Source: a bacterium
GTDB lineage: Bacteria; UBA8248
Assembly (NCBI GenBank): GCA_965219955.1
Contig: OZ244799.1
Span: 4,128,001-4,192,000, forward strand
Direction: 5' to 3'
DNA length: 64,000 nt
Under the pieces are notes generated by a model. That model saw only the letters and a list, made by a program, of their open reading frames with translations, made no database searches and was not told the DNA's origin. Shown here in pieces: positions 39,128 to 49,110 of the stretch. Position numbers and translations under genes: made by a program. Within the stretch, counting starts at the first letter, position 1. The number at the start of each line of letters is the position of its first letter.

Positions 39128-40315
39128 TCAAGCGGCGGCGCTCACGCGCGCGCGTCTTTTCTGCTCCGCGTGAATCAGCCAGGCGAGGCTCGTGGCGACG
39201 AGGCAGAGCAGGGAGTAGAAGAGAAACGATTGCCTGAGTCCCACCGCCTGGGCGATGAGTCCTCCCAGGAAGGGCGACGCCACGGACGCCGCCTCGTTCG
39301 CCGTATACATGAGGCCGATGGCGCTCGTGCGGTTTTTCTCGCGAACCACGCCGGTGGTCAGCGTGAGCATGAGGCTTTGTGAGGGGTTCAAGCACGCGCC
39401 CAAAAGCGCCAGCAGGCCGAAGAAGACGACCGCGGATTCGGCTTGCGACAGGAAAGCCAGGGAGGCGGCGCTCGTCGCCATCATGAAGAGGATGATGCGC
39501 GTCTCGTTCTTCGGGTCGGAGTATTTCCCCCATATCACGGCGAAGACGGTGCCGACGAGGAAATAGCCCGTGATCGCCCAGCCCACCTCGATGGTGCCCA
39601 GCCCCAGCCCCTCGGCCAGCAGAAGCGGCAGAAAGGTCATGATGCCGCGCAGGCCCATCACCCGGCAGGAGGAGAGCAGCGTCATCAGGATCATGAACTT
39701 GTCGCCGAGCAATTCACTGAATGTGGAGCGGGCTTCTTTCGCCATCGATTTCCGCCTGCCGGGCGCGTCCTGAAACCGCATCCAGATGATGAGCGCGCAC
39801 GCGACCCCCGGCAGCACGAAATACTGCGCCGCCGCCCGCCAGCTCGCGAGATAAACCGTGAGCCAGCCCATGGCCACCGGCGTCAGGATGCTGCCGAAAT
39901 CACCGCCCGCCTTGAAAAGGCCCATGGCGAGGCCGCGGTTCCTGGGGCTTTCCGCGGCGATCATCGAGACGGCCGCGGGGTGATAGGCCGAACAGCCCAG
40001 GCCGCTTAAGAACACGAAGGTGAGCAGGGCCGCGTAGGTATCCGAATAGCCGTAGAACCAGGCGGGCAGGGCGTTGAACAGGAGAGACAGCCCCAGGATG
40101 AGGCGGGTTTTTCCGGTGAAATCGCCCAGAAAGGAGATGGGCAACTGAAACAGGCTGCTCGATAAGGCGTAGACCGAGGCGATGAGGCCCGTTTGCGCGT
40201 AGTTCAGGCCGAAATCCGCCATGATGAGCGGGAGGATGGGCGTCAGAATCCGGTTGTAGAGCGAGTTCACCGAATGGCTCGACGCGATGATCAGGATGTT
40301 GGCGCGTGTGCTCAT
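39128..40315 (-). CDS. MFS transporter (Fsr-like)
   Basis: About 12 hydrophobic segments; SH..N, FQLP, GLGCSAYHP and RGLAMG motifs. Confidence 0.88.
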   Translation of the reverse strand: MSTRANILIIASSHSVNSLYNRILTPILPLIMADFGLNYAQTGLIASVYALSSSLFQLPISFLGDFTGKTRLILGLSLLFNALPAWFYGYSDTYAALLTFVFLSGLGCSAYHPAAVSMIAAESPRNRGLAMGLFKAGGDFGSILTPVAMGWLTVYLASWRAAAQYFVLPGVACALIIWMRFQDAPGRRKSMAKEARSTFSELLGDKFMILMTLLSSCRVMGLRGIMTFLPLLLAEGLGLGTIEVGWAITGYFLVGTVFAVIWGKYSDPKNETRIILFMMATSAASLAFLSQAESAVVFFGLLALLGACLNPSQSLMLTLTTGVVREKNRTSAIGLMYTANEAASVASPFLGGLIAQAVGLRQSFLFYSLLCLVATSLAWLIHAEQKRRARVSAAA

Positions 40316-40419
40316 GCGGATTCCAGGGTGGGAAAATACTCGAACGAATGAAGCCGCGCCATACATACCACTAAACGGCGCGCGCGGGGAAGCGGGCGCG
40401 ATGGGGCTTCCCGCGCGGG

Positions 40420-41010
40420 GTCGTTGGAAAAGCCTTTGCCAAAGGAGCAACCCCCCCTGCCCCCCTTGTCGGAGTTGTTGAAAAACCCTGAGGAGAGAGG
40501 AATCACTCCCCCCTTGAGGGTCGGCCTTTCCTCCTCGGGAAGGCCGACGAAGAGCTAAGGGCATAAGCCCGCAAGCGAATCGGTGAGGGGGATAATTCGG
40601 AATGGCGATAAAACGCGATTCACCCCCCACCGCATCAGCCTTCGCAAAAATCGCTCGGCTTCACTGACTCCCCCTCCAGGGGCTGTTGAAAAAGTCCGAT
40701 AAAGGAGGAAGGGCGGTTGTAGGGACAACCCTCCGTGGTTGTCCTTTGCGGGATGGTTGCCGTCAGGACAGGCACGGAGGCCTGTCCCTACAAAACCCCC
40801 GTATGCGACACCCGCAAACCGCCAACGCCTTTTTCCTCACCCTGAGTAGCCGCCGAAGGTAAAACGCGACTGAGAAAGGAGCGTTTGTATCGAAGGGCGG
40901 AGGCTCGCGCCGTGGCGAGAGCAAACGCTCATTCATCAATCACGTTTGACCTTCGATGCGCGGCTCCGCCGCTACTCAGGATGAGGCGGATAGGCTTTTT
41001 CAACAATCCC
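40420..41010. repeat. Mosaic REP/MITE-like repeat cluster
   Basis: CACTCCCCCTTGAGGG unit, GCTGTTGAAAAA..TTTTTCAACAA brackets, GTAG pair and family B pair. Confidence 0.85.
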
Positions 41011-41102
41011 GAGCGCGCTCACGATTCACCGGGGGTATGATATGTTGTGGGCGGAAGCCCGCACGCATTCTCGGCGATGAAATATGCGAGAGGACTCAGC
41101 GC

Positions 41103-42719
41103 TTGAAATACGATGTCGATACGCTTCGCGGGGACCTGTTCGGCGGCGTCACCGCCATGGTGGTGGCCCTGCCGCTTTCGCTGGCCTACGGCGTGGCGGC
41201 GGGCATGGGCGCGGCGGCGGGCCTGTACGGCGCGATAGCGGTGGGCTTTTTCACGGCGGTATTCGGCGGCACGCCGACCCAGATATCCGGCCCCACCGCG
41301 CCGATGACCGTCGTCATGGCGGTCATCATCACCACGTACGCGGAAAATCTCACCGAAGCCTTGACGATAGTCGTTCTGGGCGGCCTGATGCAGGTGCTTC
41401 TGGGCGTGTTGAAGTTCGGCCGCTTCGTGGCCTACACGCCCTACCTGGTCGTTTCGGGCTTCCTGTCGGGAATTGGTATCATCATCATAGCGATTCAGGT
41501 GTTGCCCTTTTTGGGATCCGACCCCGTGCCCGGCGGGGCCGTGGGCATGATTCTCGCGCTACCCGAGGCGCTGGCAGAAGCCAACTCGAGCGCTTTCGGG
41601 GTGGGCGCCGTCACGCTCGGCGCCGTGGTCTTCTGGCCGGCCCGGTTCAGGAAAATCCTCCCCACGCCACTCGTGGGGCTTTTCGCCGGAACGATCGTGG
41701 GCGTCTTGTGGCTGGGTGATGCGCCCGTCCTCGGGAAGATTCCGAGCGGGTTGCCGGGACTGCAACTGGGGCTGCCTTCTCTGGCCTTGCTGGCGCGCGC
41801 GGTGGAGCCCGCGCTCATTTTCGCCCTGGTCGGCTCGGTGGTCAGCCTCCTCACCAGCCTCGTGGCTGATTCGCTGACCCGCACGAGCCACGATCCGGAC
41901 CGCGAACTCATCGGCCAGGGCGTGGGCAACGCGGCCGCGGGCCTCATCGGCGGTCTGCCCGGTTGCGGGACGCCCGTATACACGGTGATCAACATACGCG
42001 CCGGCGGGCGGACCCGGGCGGCGGGTGTGATATTCGCGCTCCTCCTGCTGACGACCCTGCTGGGCCTCGGGCCGTTCGTCGAGTCGGTTCCGTTCGCCGC
42101 CCTCTCGGGCGTTCTGATGAAGGTGGGCTGGGACCTCATCGACTGGCGTCTGCTCTGCCATCTTCACCGCATCCGGCGCGAACATCTCTTCATTATGTTG
42201 ACGACGCTCGGCCTCACGGTGTTTGTCGACCTGATCAGCGCCGTGGCGATAGGCCTTATCGTGTCGGGCCTGGCCCACGCGGGGCAGTTCGAAAGATTCG
42301 AACTCGACAGCGTGGTCTCCGTGCCCCTGCTGGACCGGATGTTCCTCTACCGGGGAGAGAAAGTGGAGGGAGTCGACCCGTTCGAGGCGCGCGTCGGCAT
42401 GGTGGCGCTCCGGGGGAGCTTCACCGTCGCGTCGTCCAAGAAGCTGGTGCGGACGATTAGTCTCGACATCAAGGATCACGAGGTCGTCATCTTTAATTTC
42501 ACGGAAGCCACCTACATCGACGACAGCGCCGCCATGGTCATCAAGCAGCTCATCGACGTCGCCGCTGAAGAAGACACCGAGTCCATCATCCTCGGGCTTT
42601 CGGGCGACGTGAAGCACACTCTTGAAACGCTCAATATCCTGTGGAGCGTGCCGGAGGGGCGTATCGTCGAAACACTGGGCGAGGCGCGAGAGACGGCGAG
42701 AACTCTCCTGAGAGATTGA
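41103..42719 (+). CDS. SulP/SLC26 family anion transporter with STAS domain (copy 1)
   Basis: GDLFGG, GLYGA, QISGPT, RELIGQG motifs; STAS segment IDDSA. Confidence 0.92.
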   Translation: MKYDVDTLRGDLFGGVTAMVVALPLSLAYGVAAGMGAAAGLYGAIAVGFFTAVFGGTPTQISGPTAPMTVVMAVIITTYAENLTEALTIVVLGGLMQVLLGVLKFGRFVAYTPYLVVSGFLSGIGIIIIAIQVLPFLGSDPVPGGAVGMILALPEALAEANSSAFGVGAVTLGAVVFWPARFRKILPTPLVGLFAGTIVGVLWLGDAPVLGKIPSGLPGLQLGLPSLALLARAVEPALIFALVGSVVSLLTSLVADSLTRTSHDPDRELIGQGVGNAAAGLIGGLPGCGTPVYTVINIRAGGRTRAAGVIFALLLLTTLLGLGPFVESVPFAALSGVLMKVGWDLIDWRLLCHLHRIRREHLFIMLTTLGLTVFVDLISAVAIGLIVSGLAHAGQFERFELDSVVSVPLLDRMFLYRGEKVEGVDPFEARVGMVALRGSFTVASSKKLVRTISLDIKDHEVVIFNFTEATYIDDSAAMVIKQLIDVAAEEDTESIILGLSGDVKHTLETLNILWSVPEGRIVETLGEARETARTLLRD

Positions 42720-42898
42720 GGCGGGAGGCGTTGTCGTCCTCCGAGGGATTCATTCCGGCGGCGCGGGTGTTTTCACGTCCGCCGTCACTGCTCTTTCCGG
42801 CGCGCGCCCACGATTCATCGAGGGTGTGATATGCTGTCTAAGAACATGCGATCATCACGACCATCGCCCGGAGACGAAGCGCGAAGGGGCATAATCGC

Positions 42899-44521
42899 GT
42901 GAAATTGAAATACGATTTCGATACGCTTCGCGGAGACCTTTTCGGCGGCGTCACCGCCATGGTGGTGGCCCTGCCGCTTTCGCTGGCCTACGGCGTGGCG
43001 TCGGGCATGGGGGCCGCGGCGGGACTCTACGGCGCGATAGCGGTGGGATTTTTCGCGGCCGTCTTCGGCGGCACGGCGACCCAGATATCCGGCCCCACCG
43101 CGCCGATGGCCATCGTGATGGCGGTCATCATCACCACGTATGCGAAAGACCTCACCGAAGCCCTGACGGTGGTCGTGATGGGCGGTCTCCTGCAAGTCCT
43201 CCTTGGCGTCTTGAAGCTCGGCCGTTTCGTGGCCTACACGCCCTACGTGGTCGTATCGGGCTTCATGTCCGGCATCGGCGTCCTCGTGATGGCGATTCAG
43301 GTGCTGCCCTTTTTCGGCTCGGACCCCGTGCCGGGCGGCGCCGTGGGCATGATTCTCGCGCTGCCCGAGACGCTGGCCAAGATCAACTGGAGCGCTTTGG
43401 GCGTCGGGCTCGTCACGCTCGGCGTCGCGGTCTTCTGGCCGTCGAGGTTCCGGAAAATCCTGCCCACGCCCCTCGTGGGGCTGATCGCCGGCACGCTCAT
43501 CGGCGTCTTGTGGCTCCATGATGCGCCCGTCATCGGGGAGGTGCCGACCGGCCTGCCGGGGCTCAAGATAGGGCTCCCGTCGCTCGGCTTTCTGGCGCGC
43601 GCCGTGGAGCCCGCGCTCATTCTCGCCCTCATCGGTTCGGTGGTGAGCCTCCTCACCTGCCTCGTGGCCGACTCGCTCACCCGTACGAGCCACGACCCGG
43701 ACCGCGAGCTCATCGGCCAGGGCGTGGGCAACGCGGCCGCGGGCCTGATCGGCGGACTGCCCGGTGCGGGCACACCCGTGTATACCGTGCCCAACATCCG
43801 CTCCGGCGGGCGGACCCGGGCGGCGGGGGCGATATTCGCGGTGTTTCTGCTGGCGATCCTGCTGGGTCTGGGACCCTACGTCGAGTCGATTCCGCTCGCC
43901 GCACTGGCGGGCGTCCTGATCAAGGTCGGCTGGGACATCATCGACTGGCGGCTCCTCACCCGCCTGCACCGCATCAAGCGCGAGCACCTCTTCGTCCTGC
44001 TGACGACGCTCTGCCTCACGGTGTTCGTCGATCTCATCAGCGCCGTGGCGATAGGCCTCATCGTCGCAGGTCTGGCCCACGCGGGACAGCTCGAGAACCT
44101 GGAGCTCGACAGCGTGGTCTCCGTGCCCCTGCTGGACCAGATGTTCCTCTACGAGGGGGAAGAGGTGGAAGGGGTCGACCCGTTCGAGGCGCGCGTCGGC
44201 ATGGTGGCGCTCCGGGGGAGCTTCACCGTCGCGTCGTCCAAGAAACTGGTGCGGACGATAAGCCTCGACATCAAGGATCACGAGGTCGTCATCTTCAATT
44301 TCACCGAAGCCACCTACATCGACGACAGCGCCGCCATGGTCATCAAGCAACTCATCGAAGTCGCCACCGAGGAAGACACCGAGTCCATCGTCATCGGCCT
44401 TACGGGCGACGTCGCCGAGACGCTCGACGCGCTCGACGTCCTGCGCGAGGTGCCGCCCGAGCGGGTCGTCGAAGACCTGGACGAGGCGCGCGAGATCGCG
44501 AAGCCCCTCGTGGGGGCCTGA
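42899..44521 (+). CDS. SulP/SLC26 family anion transporter with STAS domain (copy 2)
   Basis: Same motifs; close paralog of copy 1. Confidence 0.93.
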   Translation: MKLKYDFDTLRGDLFGGVTAMVVALPLSLAYGVASGMGAAAGLYGAIAVGFFAAVFGGTATQISGPTAPMAIVMAVIITTYAKDLTEALTVVVMGGLLQVLLGVLKLGRFVAYTPYVVVSGFMSGIGVLVMAIQVLPFFGSDPVPGGAVGMILALPETLAKINWSALGVGLVTLGVAVFWPSRFRKILPTPLVGLIAGTLIGVLWLHDAPVIGEVPTGLPGLKIGLPSLGFLARAVEPALILALIGSVVSLLTCLVADSLTRTSHDPDRELIGQGVGNAAAGLIGGLPGAGTPVYTVPNIRSGGRTRAAGAIFAVFLLAILLGLGPYVESIPLAALAGVLIKVGWDIIDWRLLTRLHRIKREHLFVLLTTLCLTVFVDLISAVAIGLIVAGLAHAGQLENLELDSVVSVPLLDQMFLYEGEEVEGVDPFEARVGMVALRGSFTVASSKKLVRTISLDIKDHEVVIFNFTEATYIDDSAAMVIKQLIEVATEEDTESIVIGLTGDVAETLDALDVLREVPPERVVEDLDEAREIAKPLVGA

Positions 44522-44561
44522 GGCGGGGGATGTATTTCGAGACGGCGGAGGGCTTCCACCC

Positions 44562-46178
44562 GTGAACTACGATCTCCGGACGCTTCGCGGCGACGTCTCC
44601 GGCGGCCTCACCGCTACGGTGGTCGCGCTTCCATTCGCGCTTTCTTTCGGCGTGGCCTCCGGCCTGGGGGCTGCGGCGGGGCTTTACGGCGCGATAGCGG
44701 TGGGTTTTTTCGCGGCGCTATTCGGCGGTACGCGGACGGTTATTTCAGGCCCTGCGCCTTCCATGACGGTCGCCATGGCGGTCATCGTCACCACCCACGC
44801 GGCGAATCTCGCAGAAGCCCTGAGCATCGTCGTGCTGGGCGGCCTGCTGCAAGTGCTTCTGGGCGCGCTGGGGGCCGGGCGCTTCGTGGTCTACACGCCC
44901 TATGTGGTCGTCTCGGGCTTCATGTCCGGCATCGGCGTCATCATCATGATGATCGAGGTGCTGCCCTTTCTCGGCGCGCCGCCTGCGCCCGGCGGATTCA
45001 TGGGCGCGATTCGCGCGCTGCCCGAGGCGATGAGCGGGCTCAACGCAGACGCCCTGGGCGTCGGCGCCGCCACGCTCGCCGCCTTCGCCTTCTGGCCGCG
45101 CCGCTACGCGAGGATTCTGCCTCCTCCCCTGATGGCGCTTCTCGTCGGGTCGCTTCTGGGCGTCTTGTGGCTTCATGAGGCGCCCGCCATCGGGCGGATT
45201 CCGGCGGGCCTGCCGGGGCTGCAACTGGGACTGCCCTCCGCCGGCTTCCTGCTGGGCGCCCTCCAGCCGGCGATCGTTCTCGCCCTGCTGGGCTCCATCG
45301 ACAGCCTCCTCGCCGCCCTGGTGGCCGACTCGCTGACCGGCTCGCGCCACAACCCGAACCGCGAGCTGGTGGGGCAGGGGATCGGCAACGTAGCCGCGGG
45401 CCTCATCGGCGGACTGCCCGGCGCGGGGGCCACCGTGAGCACGGTGACGAACATCCGCGCGGGGGGGCAGACCCCGGTCTCGGGCGTACTGCGCGCCGTG
45501 TTGCTGCTGGCGCTCCTGCTGGGTTTCGGGCCATACGTCGAGTCGGTTCCGCTCGCCGCCCTCGCGGGCGTGCTGATGAAGGTGGGCTGGGACATCGTCG
45601 ACTGGCGGCTCCTCGCGCGGTTCCGCCACATCCGGCGCGAGCACCTCTTCGTCATGCTGATGACGCTCGGCCTCACGGTGTTCGTCGACCTGCTGACCGC
45701 CGTGGCGATAGGCCTCATCGCCGCCGGGATGGCCCACGCGCGGCACCTCGAGCGCCTCGAGATCGACAACGTGGTCTCCGTGCCGATGCTGGACCACATA
45801 TTCCTTGGTGAACTTCAGGACGCGGCCTCGGTGAACCCCTACACGGCGCGCGTCGGCCTGGTGTCGCTCCGGGGGAGCTTCACCGTCGCCTCATCGCACG
45901 AGCTGGTCGCGGCCATCAGCGCGGACATCAAGGACCACGAGGTCGTCATCTTCGATTTCTCGAGTGCGACCCATCTCGACGACAGCGCCGCCATGCTCAT
46001 CAGGCGGCTCATGGACGTCGCCGCGCAGGAGCGCACCGCGTTCATCGTGATGGGCCTGGCGGGCGACGCCGCGCGCACCCTCCGCGCGTTCGACGTTCTG
46101 CGCGACGCGCCCGGGGAGCGGGTCGTCGAGACCCTGGAGGAGGCGCGGGAGTGCGCGAAGAAGATCCTGGGCGTGTAG
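44562..46178 (+). CDS. SulP/SLC26 family anion transporter with STAS domain (copy 3, most BicA-like)
   Basis: LGSIDSLL, NRELVGQG and PGAGAT motifs; GTG start. Confidence 0.93.
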   Translation: MNYDLRTLRGDVSGGLTATVVALPFALSFGVASGLGAAAGLYGAIAVGFFAALFGGTRTVISGPAPSMTVAMAVIVTTHAANLAEALSIVVLGGLLQVLLGALGAGRFVVYTPYVVVSGFMSGIGVIIMMIEVLPFLGAPPAPGGFMGAIRALPEAMSGLNADALGVGAATLAAFAFWPRRYARILPPPLMALLVGSLLGVLWLHEAPAIGRIPAGLPGLQLGLPSAGFLLGALQPAIVLALLGSIDSLLAALVADSLTGSRHNPNRELVGQGIGNVAAGLIGGLPGAGATVSTVTNIRAGGQTPVSGVLRAVLLLALLLGFGPYVESVPLAALAGVLMKVGWDIVDWRLLARFRHIRREHLFVMLMTLGLTVFVDLLTAVAIGLIAAGMAHARHLERLEIDNVVSVPMLDHIFLGELQDAASVNPYTARVGLVSLRGSFTVASSHELVAAISADIKDHEVVIFDFSSATHLDDSAAMLIRRLMDVAAQERTAFIVMGLAGDAARTLRAFDVLRDAPGERVVETLEEARECAKKILGV

Positions 46179-46210
46179 GGGGGTGTGTGTTGATTCAGCC
46201 CCTGGAATTT

Positions 46211-46564
46211 TCAGGCGGAGACGGCGCCTTTGGGCGGACTCGCCGGCTCGATCCCGGGAAGAACCTCGGCGAGTTCGACTTTGGCCGCCTCAATGTCATA
46301 GGTCATCTGCATACGCAGCCATAGTTTTGCCGACTCGTCGCCCTTGCCGCACAGCCGGGTGAAACGAAGCGCCAGGTTGGGCGTAACGCGCTCCGGCTTG
46401 TTTTCACGTATGACCGCGTGTAGCCGCTGGCGGGATATCCCCATCCGCTTTGCGGCATCGGTGACGCTCAGATGGAGACCCTCATTCAGGATGATGCCCC
46501 AGGCCTCACCCGGATGGGAGGCGCGCATGCTACGCTCGCCCGCGGGGAGTTCTTTCTTTCGCAT
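46211..46564 (-). CDS. higA: HigA family antitoxin
   Basis: HPGE, LSVTDAA..GISRQ HTH, TPNLALR and WLRMQ..YD motifs; ATG overlaps the upstream TGA. Confidence 0.8.
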   Translation of the reverse strand: MRKKELPAGERSMRASHPGEAWGIILNEGLHLSVTDAAKRMGISRQRLHAVIRENKPERVTPNLALRFTRLCGKGDESAKLWLRMQMTYDIEAAKVELAEVLPGIEPASPPKGAVSA

Positions 46565-46623
46565 CAGTGATAGTCCTCCAAATCGACGCGGATGGCCGCG
46601 TTGTTGTCTTTGCTCCATTGCAA
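46564..46623 (-). pseudogene. higB: C-terminal remnant of a HigB toxin
   Basis: QWSKDNNAAIRVDLEDYH-stop is coupled (TGATG) to higA; the frame is closed by TGA TAA a few codons upstream and has no convincing start. Confidence 0.65.
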
Positions 46624-46839
46624 TTTGTCGCTTTCCGACGAGCCAAGAGTTTATCAGAAAATTGGGGTATAGAGCGTGGCCTCTTCGTGATTGATCAAAC
46701 GAGAACGCCTCTAACGTGTTGATAACCGATTCGAGGAAGGCAAGGATACCAGATACATGTTTTCACTCGAATGAATCATGAGTATATCTGGATTAGTCAC
46801 TTGAAGCCATTCTTCGACAGAGCAAGCACTGCTGAGAGA

Positions 46840-47451
46840 TTAGGGGTGGGGGTTTCTTACAAGTTCATTAAATTGAAGTCTTGTTTTCCCATGCGTTTTG
46901 ATTCTCAACTTATTTTCGGGGGTGTTGTGTAAAACAGATTTAGGTGGTATTCGCGTCGGCGTTTTGCCCATACTTGTTTTGATATCTGTAATGCAGACAA
47001 AGCATTGTTGATAGTTCTTCTCTTCCAGAAATTTTGGCTCTTGCCAGAATTCCCGACCTATAGCGCGGCAATAGGCGACGAGACACTGCGCTCCTTTTAA
47101 TTGTTGTACAATTTCTTTATTATTTAAATTACCGCCTGCGCTACTTTTCATCTCAATATGAAGAATCCAGTTTTTGTTGCCAGCCTGAGCGACAACAATA
47201 TAATCGGCCCGTTTTCGTTCTCCTTTGTTACCCATGAAGAAATTATTTGGAGATGGGAACTTATCGGCTTTGATTATTACGATTTCATCTGGAATTTTTG
47301 TTATCTTAAGCGAATAATTATTCTTCGTAGTGTTTCTAGGTTCTTCGAGTGTAACTTCTGCCTTGCCATAAGGATTCTTCCCAGGGAGCACGGTAGCTTC
47401 TTTTTTTATCAATGCTCGCAGGATATCCAAGTCGTACTTATTACTCATCAT
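46840..47451 (-). CDS. Hypothetical protein with PD-(D/E)xK nuclease-like motif
   Basis: RADYIVV..ILHIEMKS..QQLKG; AT-rich; overlaps the ATPase stop codon. Confidence 0.6.
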   Translation of the reverse strand: MMSNKYDLDILRALIKKEATVLPGKNPYGKAEVTLEEPRNTTKNNYSLKITKIPDEIVIIKADKFPSPNNFFMGNKGERKRADYIVVAQAGNKNWILHIEMKSSAGGNLNNKEIVQQLKGAQCLVAYCRAIGREFWQEPKFLEEKNYQQCFVCITDIKTSMGKTPTRIPPKSVLHNTPENKLRIKTHGKTRLQFNELVRNPHP

Positions 47452-48862
47452 CTCCCCAAATTATGGCATCCTGAATTTCATTCATTTCGTTAATCGTTGT
47501 GTCGAAACTCCGCGCCTCGATACCCAACTCCGGGTCTATTTTGGCTTCCACCAGGGTTTGGCATCTGGTCCTGCGCTGGTTCCCGTCGAGTTTTATGAGG
47601 TCCTCTTCAGCGATATACATTTTGATTCTTTGTGAGTTCAAAAGTTCGGCTCTGTCGTACCCTTCTCGCTTGGCGATTTTTTTCAGGTGGGTTTTATCCT
47701 GGTTCAGCATGATCAGGGTGTTGAGTTCCTTGACGATGTAATCGCTGTGCGTGGTGATGAATACCTTGACGCCCAGGTTCACAAGCCGCGCAAAAAGCCG
47801 CGCGATGCGGCGCTGGTTCTCGGGGTGCAGGCTCAACTCCGGCTCATCGACCATCAACAAGTCGCCTGGCTTTGCTTCGTGCCGCAAATAAAAACCGATG
47901 TCGAGCATGGAGCGCACCCCGCTGGCGCTTTCATCCATGCCCAGTTTGATGCGCTTGCCCCTGGGGATGAAATACAACTCGTCGTTGCGCGTCACCCTGT
48001 ATTCACCACCGATGATGTCGGTGAACCGCTTCAGTACTTCGGGATGTTTGTCGACGAGAAAACTTTTTTGCTTGGCAACGTCCTCTAGCTGACGTGTGAA
48101 ATCCACGTTTTTCTCTACAGGCGATGGATAGTCCTGGTAAGATTTGTGCAACATTTCCCGCGGATCGGTTTTCTCATCCGCCTGACTCATTTCTTTCAGC
48201 AAGCGGTTACGGGCGAAGTTAAGTTCCTTTCGAAAAATCGCTGCGCCGGTGCGTTCTGCACTGGCGATAAAAGGATTGGGGAAAAGAGGACCGAAAATGA
48301 TCTCGAAAATAATTTCACTTACTGCTACGTTTATCCTTCGTTCGAGGAAGCCAGGGGGAATTCCCACTTTATCCATATCCATAAGCAGGGAAACTTCCAA
48401 CTCTTCACTTTCTTCTTCCATGGAAAGAGAAAAAATTTGGCGATTCAAAGCACCCATTCTGTGCTTAAATTGTGGCGGTTTGTTGTGGTCGGACAATGAG
48501 CCATTTTCTAAGGATACTTGAAACTGGGTGTGTTGAAATTTCTCCTTTGGTGCGGCAAACACACGGGATAAACTCGAAGAGTAGTGAATACATATAGCAT
48601 CCAGAGTTTTGTGTGCTTCTTGCATGTATTCTAGGGGCTTAATCCGCACGACGCCATTTTTGTGCAAATCGTTCATTATTTCGTCGGGTATGAAGCTGGC
48701 TTCCATATAGTCGAGTTGCTCATGCCATGTATTCAAAAAACCATACAGGGCGTAGGTCGCATAGGTTTTTCCGGTATTGTTTTCACCACAGATGATGGTG
48801 AAATCGCCCAGGCTGAACTCCGCCTGTTTCAGAACACCGAGATTTTTGACTTTTATTTTCAT
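47441..48862 (-). CDS. ABC-type AAA ATPase (AAA_15/AAA_21-like)
   Basis: KNLG, Walker A GENNTGKT, AERTG, signature SASG, Walker B/D-loop DEPELSLHP, H-loop TTHSDY; no membrane partner. Confidence 0.9.
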   Translation of the reverse strand: MKIKVKNLGVLKQAEFSLGDFTIICGENNTGKTYATYALYGFLNTWHEQLDYMEASFIPDEIMNDLHKNGVVRIKPLEYMQEAHKTLDAICIHYSSSLSRVFAAPKEKFQHTQFQVSLENGSLSDHNKPPQFKHRMGALNRQIFSLSMEEESEELEVSLLMDMDKVGIPPGFLERRINVAVSEIIFEIIFGPLFPNPFIASAERTGAAIFRKELNFARNRLLKEMSQADEKTDPREMLHKSYQDYPSPVEKNVDFTRQLEDVAKQKSFLVDKHPEVLKRFTDIIGGEYRVTRNDELYFIPRGKRIKLGMDESASGVRSMLDIGFYLRHEAKPGDLLMVDEPELSLHPENQRRIARLFARLVNLGVKVFITTHSDYIVKELNTLIMLNQDKTHLKKIAKREGYDRAELLNSQRIKMYIAEEDLIKLDGNQRRTRCQTLVEAKIDPELGIEARSFDTTINEMNEIQDAIIWGDDE

Positions 48863-49110
48863 ATCGTCACCTCCACGACCTCACAGTATCGTTGTCGAAG
48901 GTGTTTTGAAGCAACTTGCACGAATTACATCAATCCCACATTTGTTTTTTCTGCGTATGGATTCCTGCGCCGCACTATAAGTGCGCATACGTCCGAAAGG
49001 CAAGATTGCCTTGTAATGTCTTAACCATGTGCGGCGTAGAAAGATGAGAGAGCAGTCGGCTCATCATCAGAGCGATTGAATCATAGCCGCTTAATCCCCT
49101 CGCGCACGAT

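Noticed and set aside
39018-39533. N-terminal extension of the TauD ORF, and similar extensions at 40316-40630, 40956-41102 and 52127-52525
   Set aside because: They overlap neighbouring genes or repeats; family homology begins at the downstream starts, with an RBS visible for TauD.
42300-44360. Near-identical SulP segments as a DGR template/variable pair
   Set aside because: Both lie in intact paralogs, differences are mostly synonymous and not adenine-specific, and no reverse transcriptase is present.
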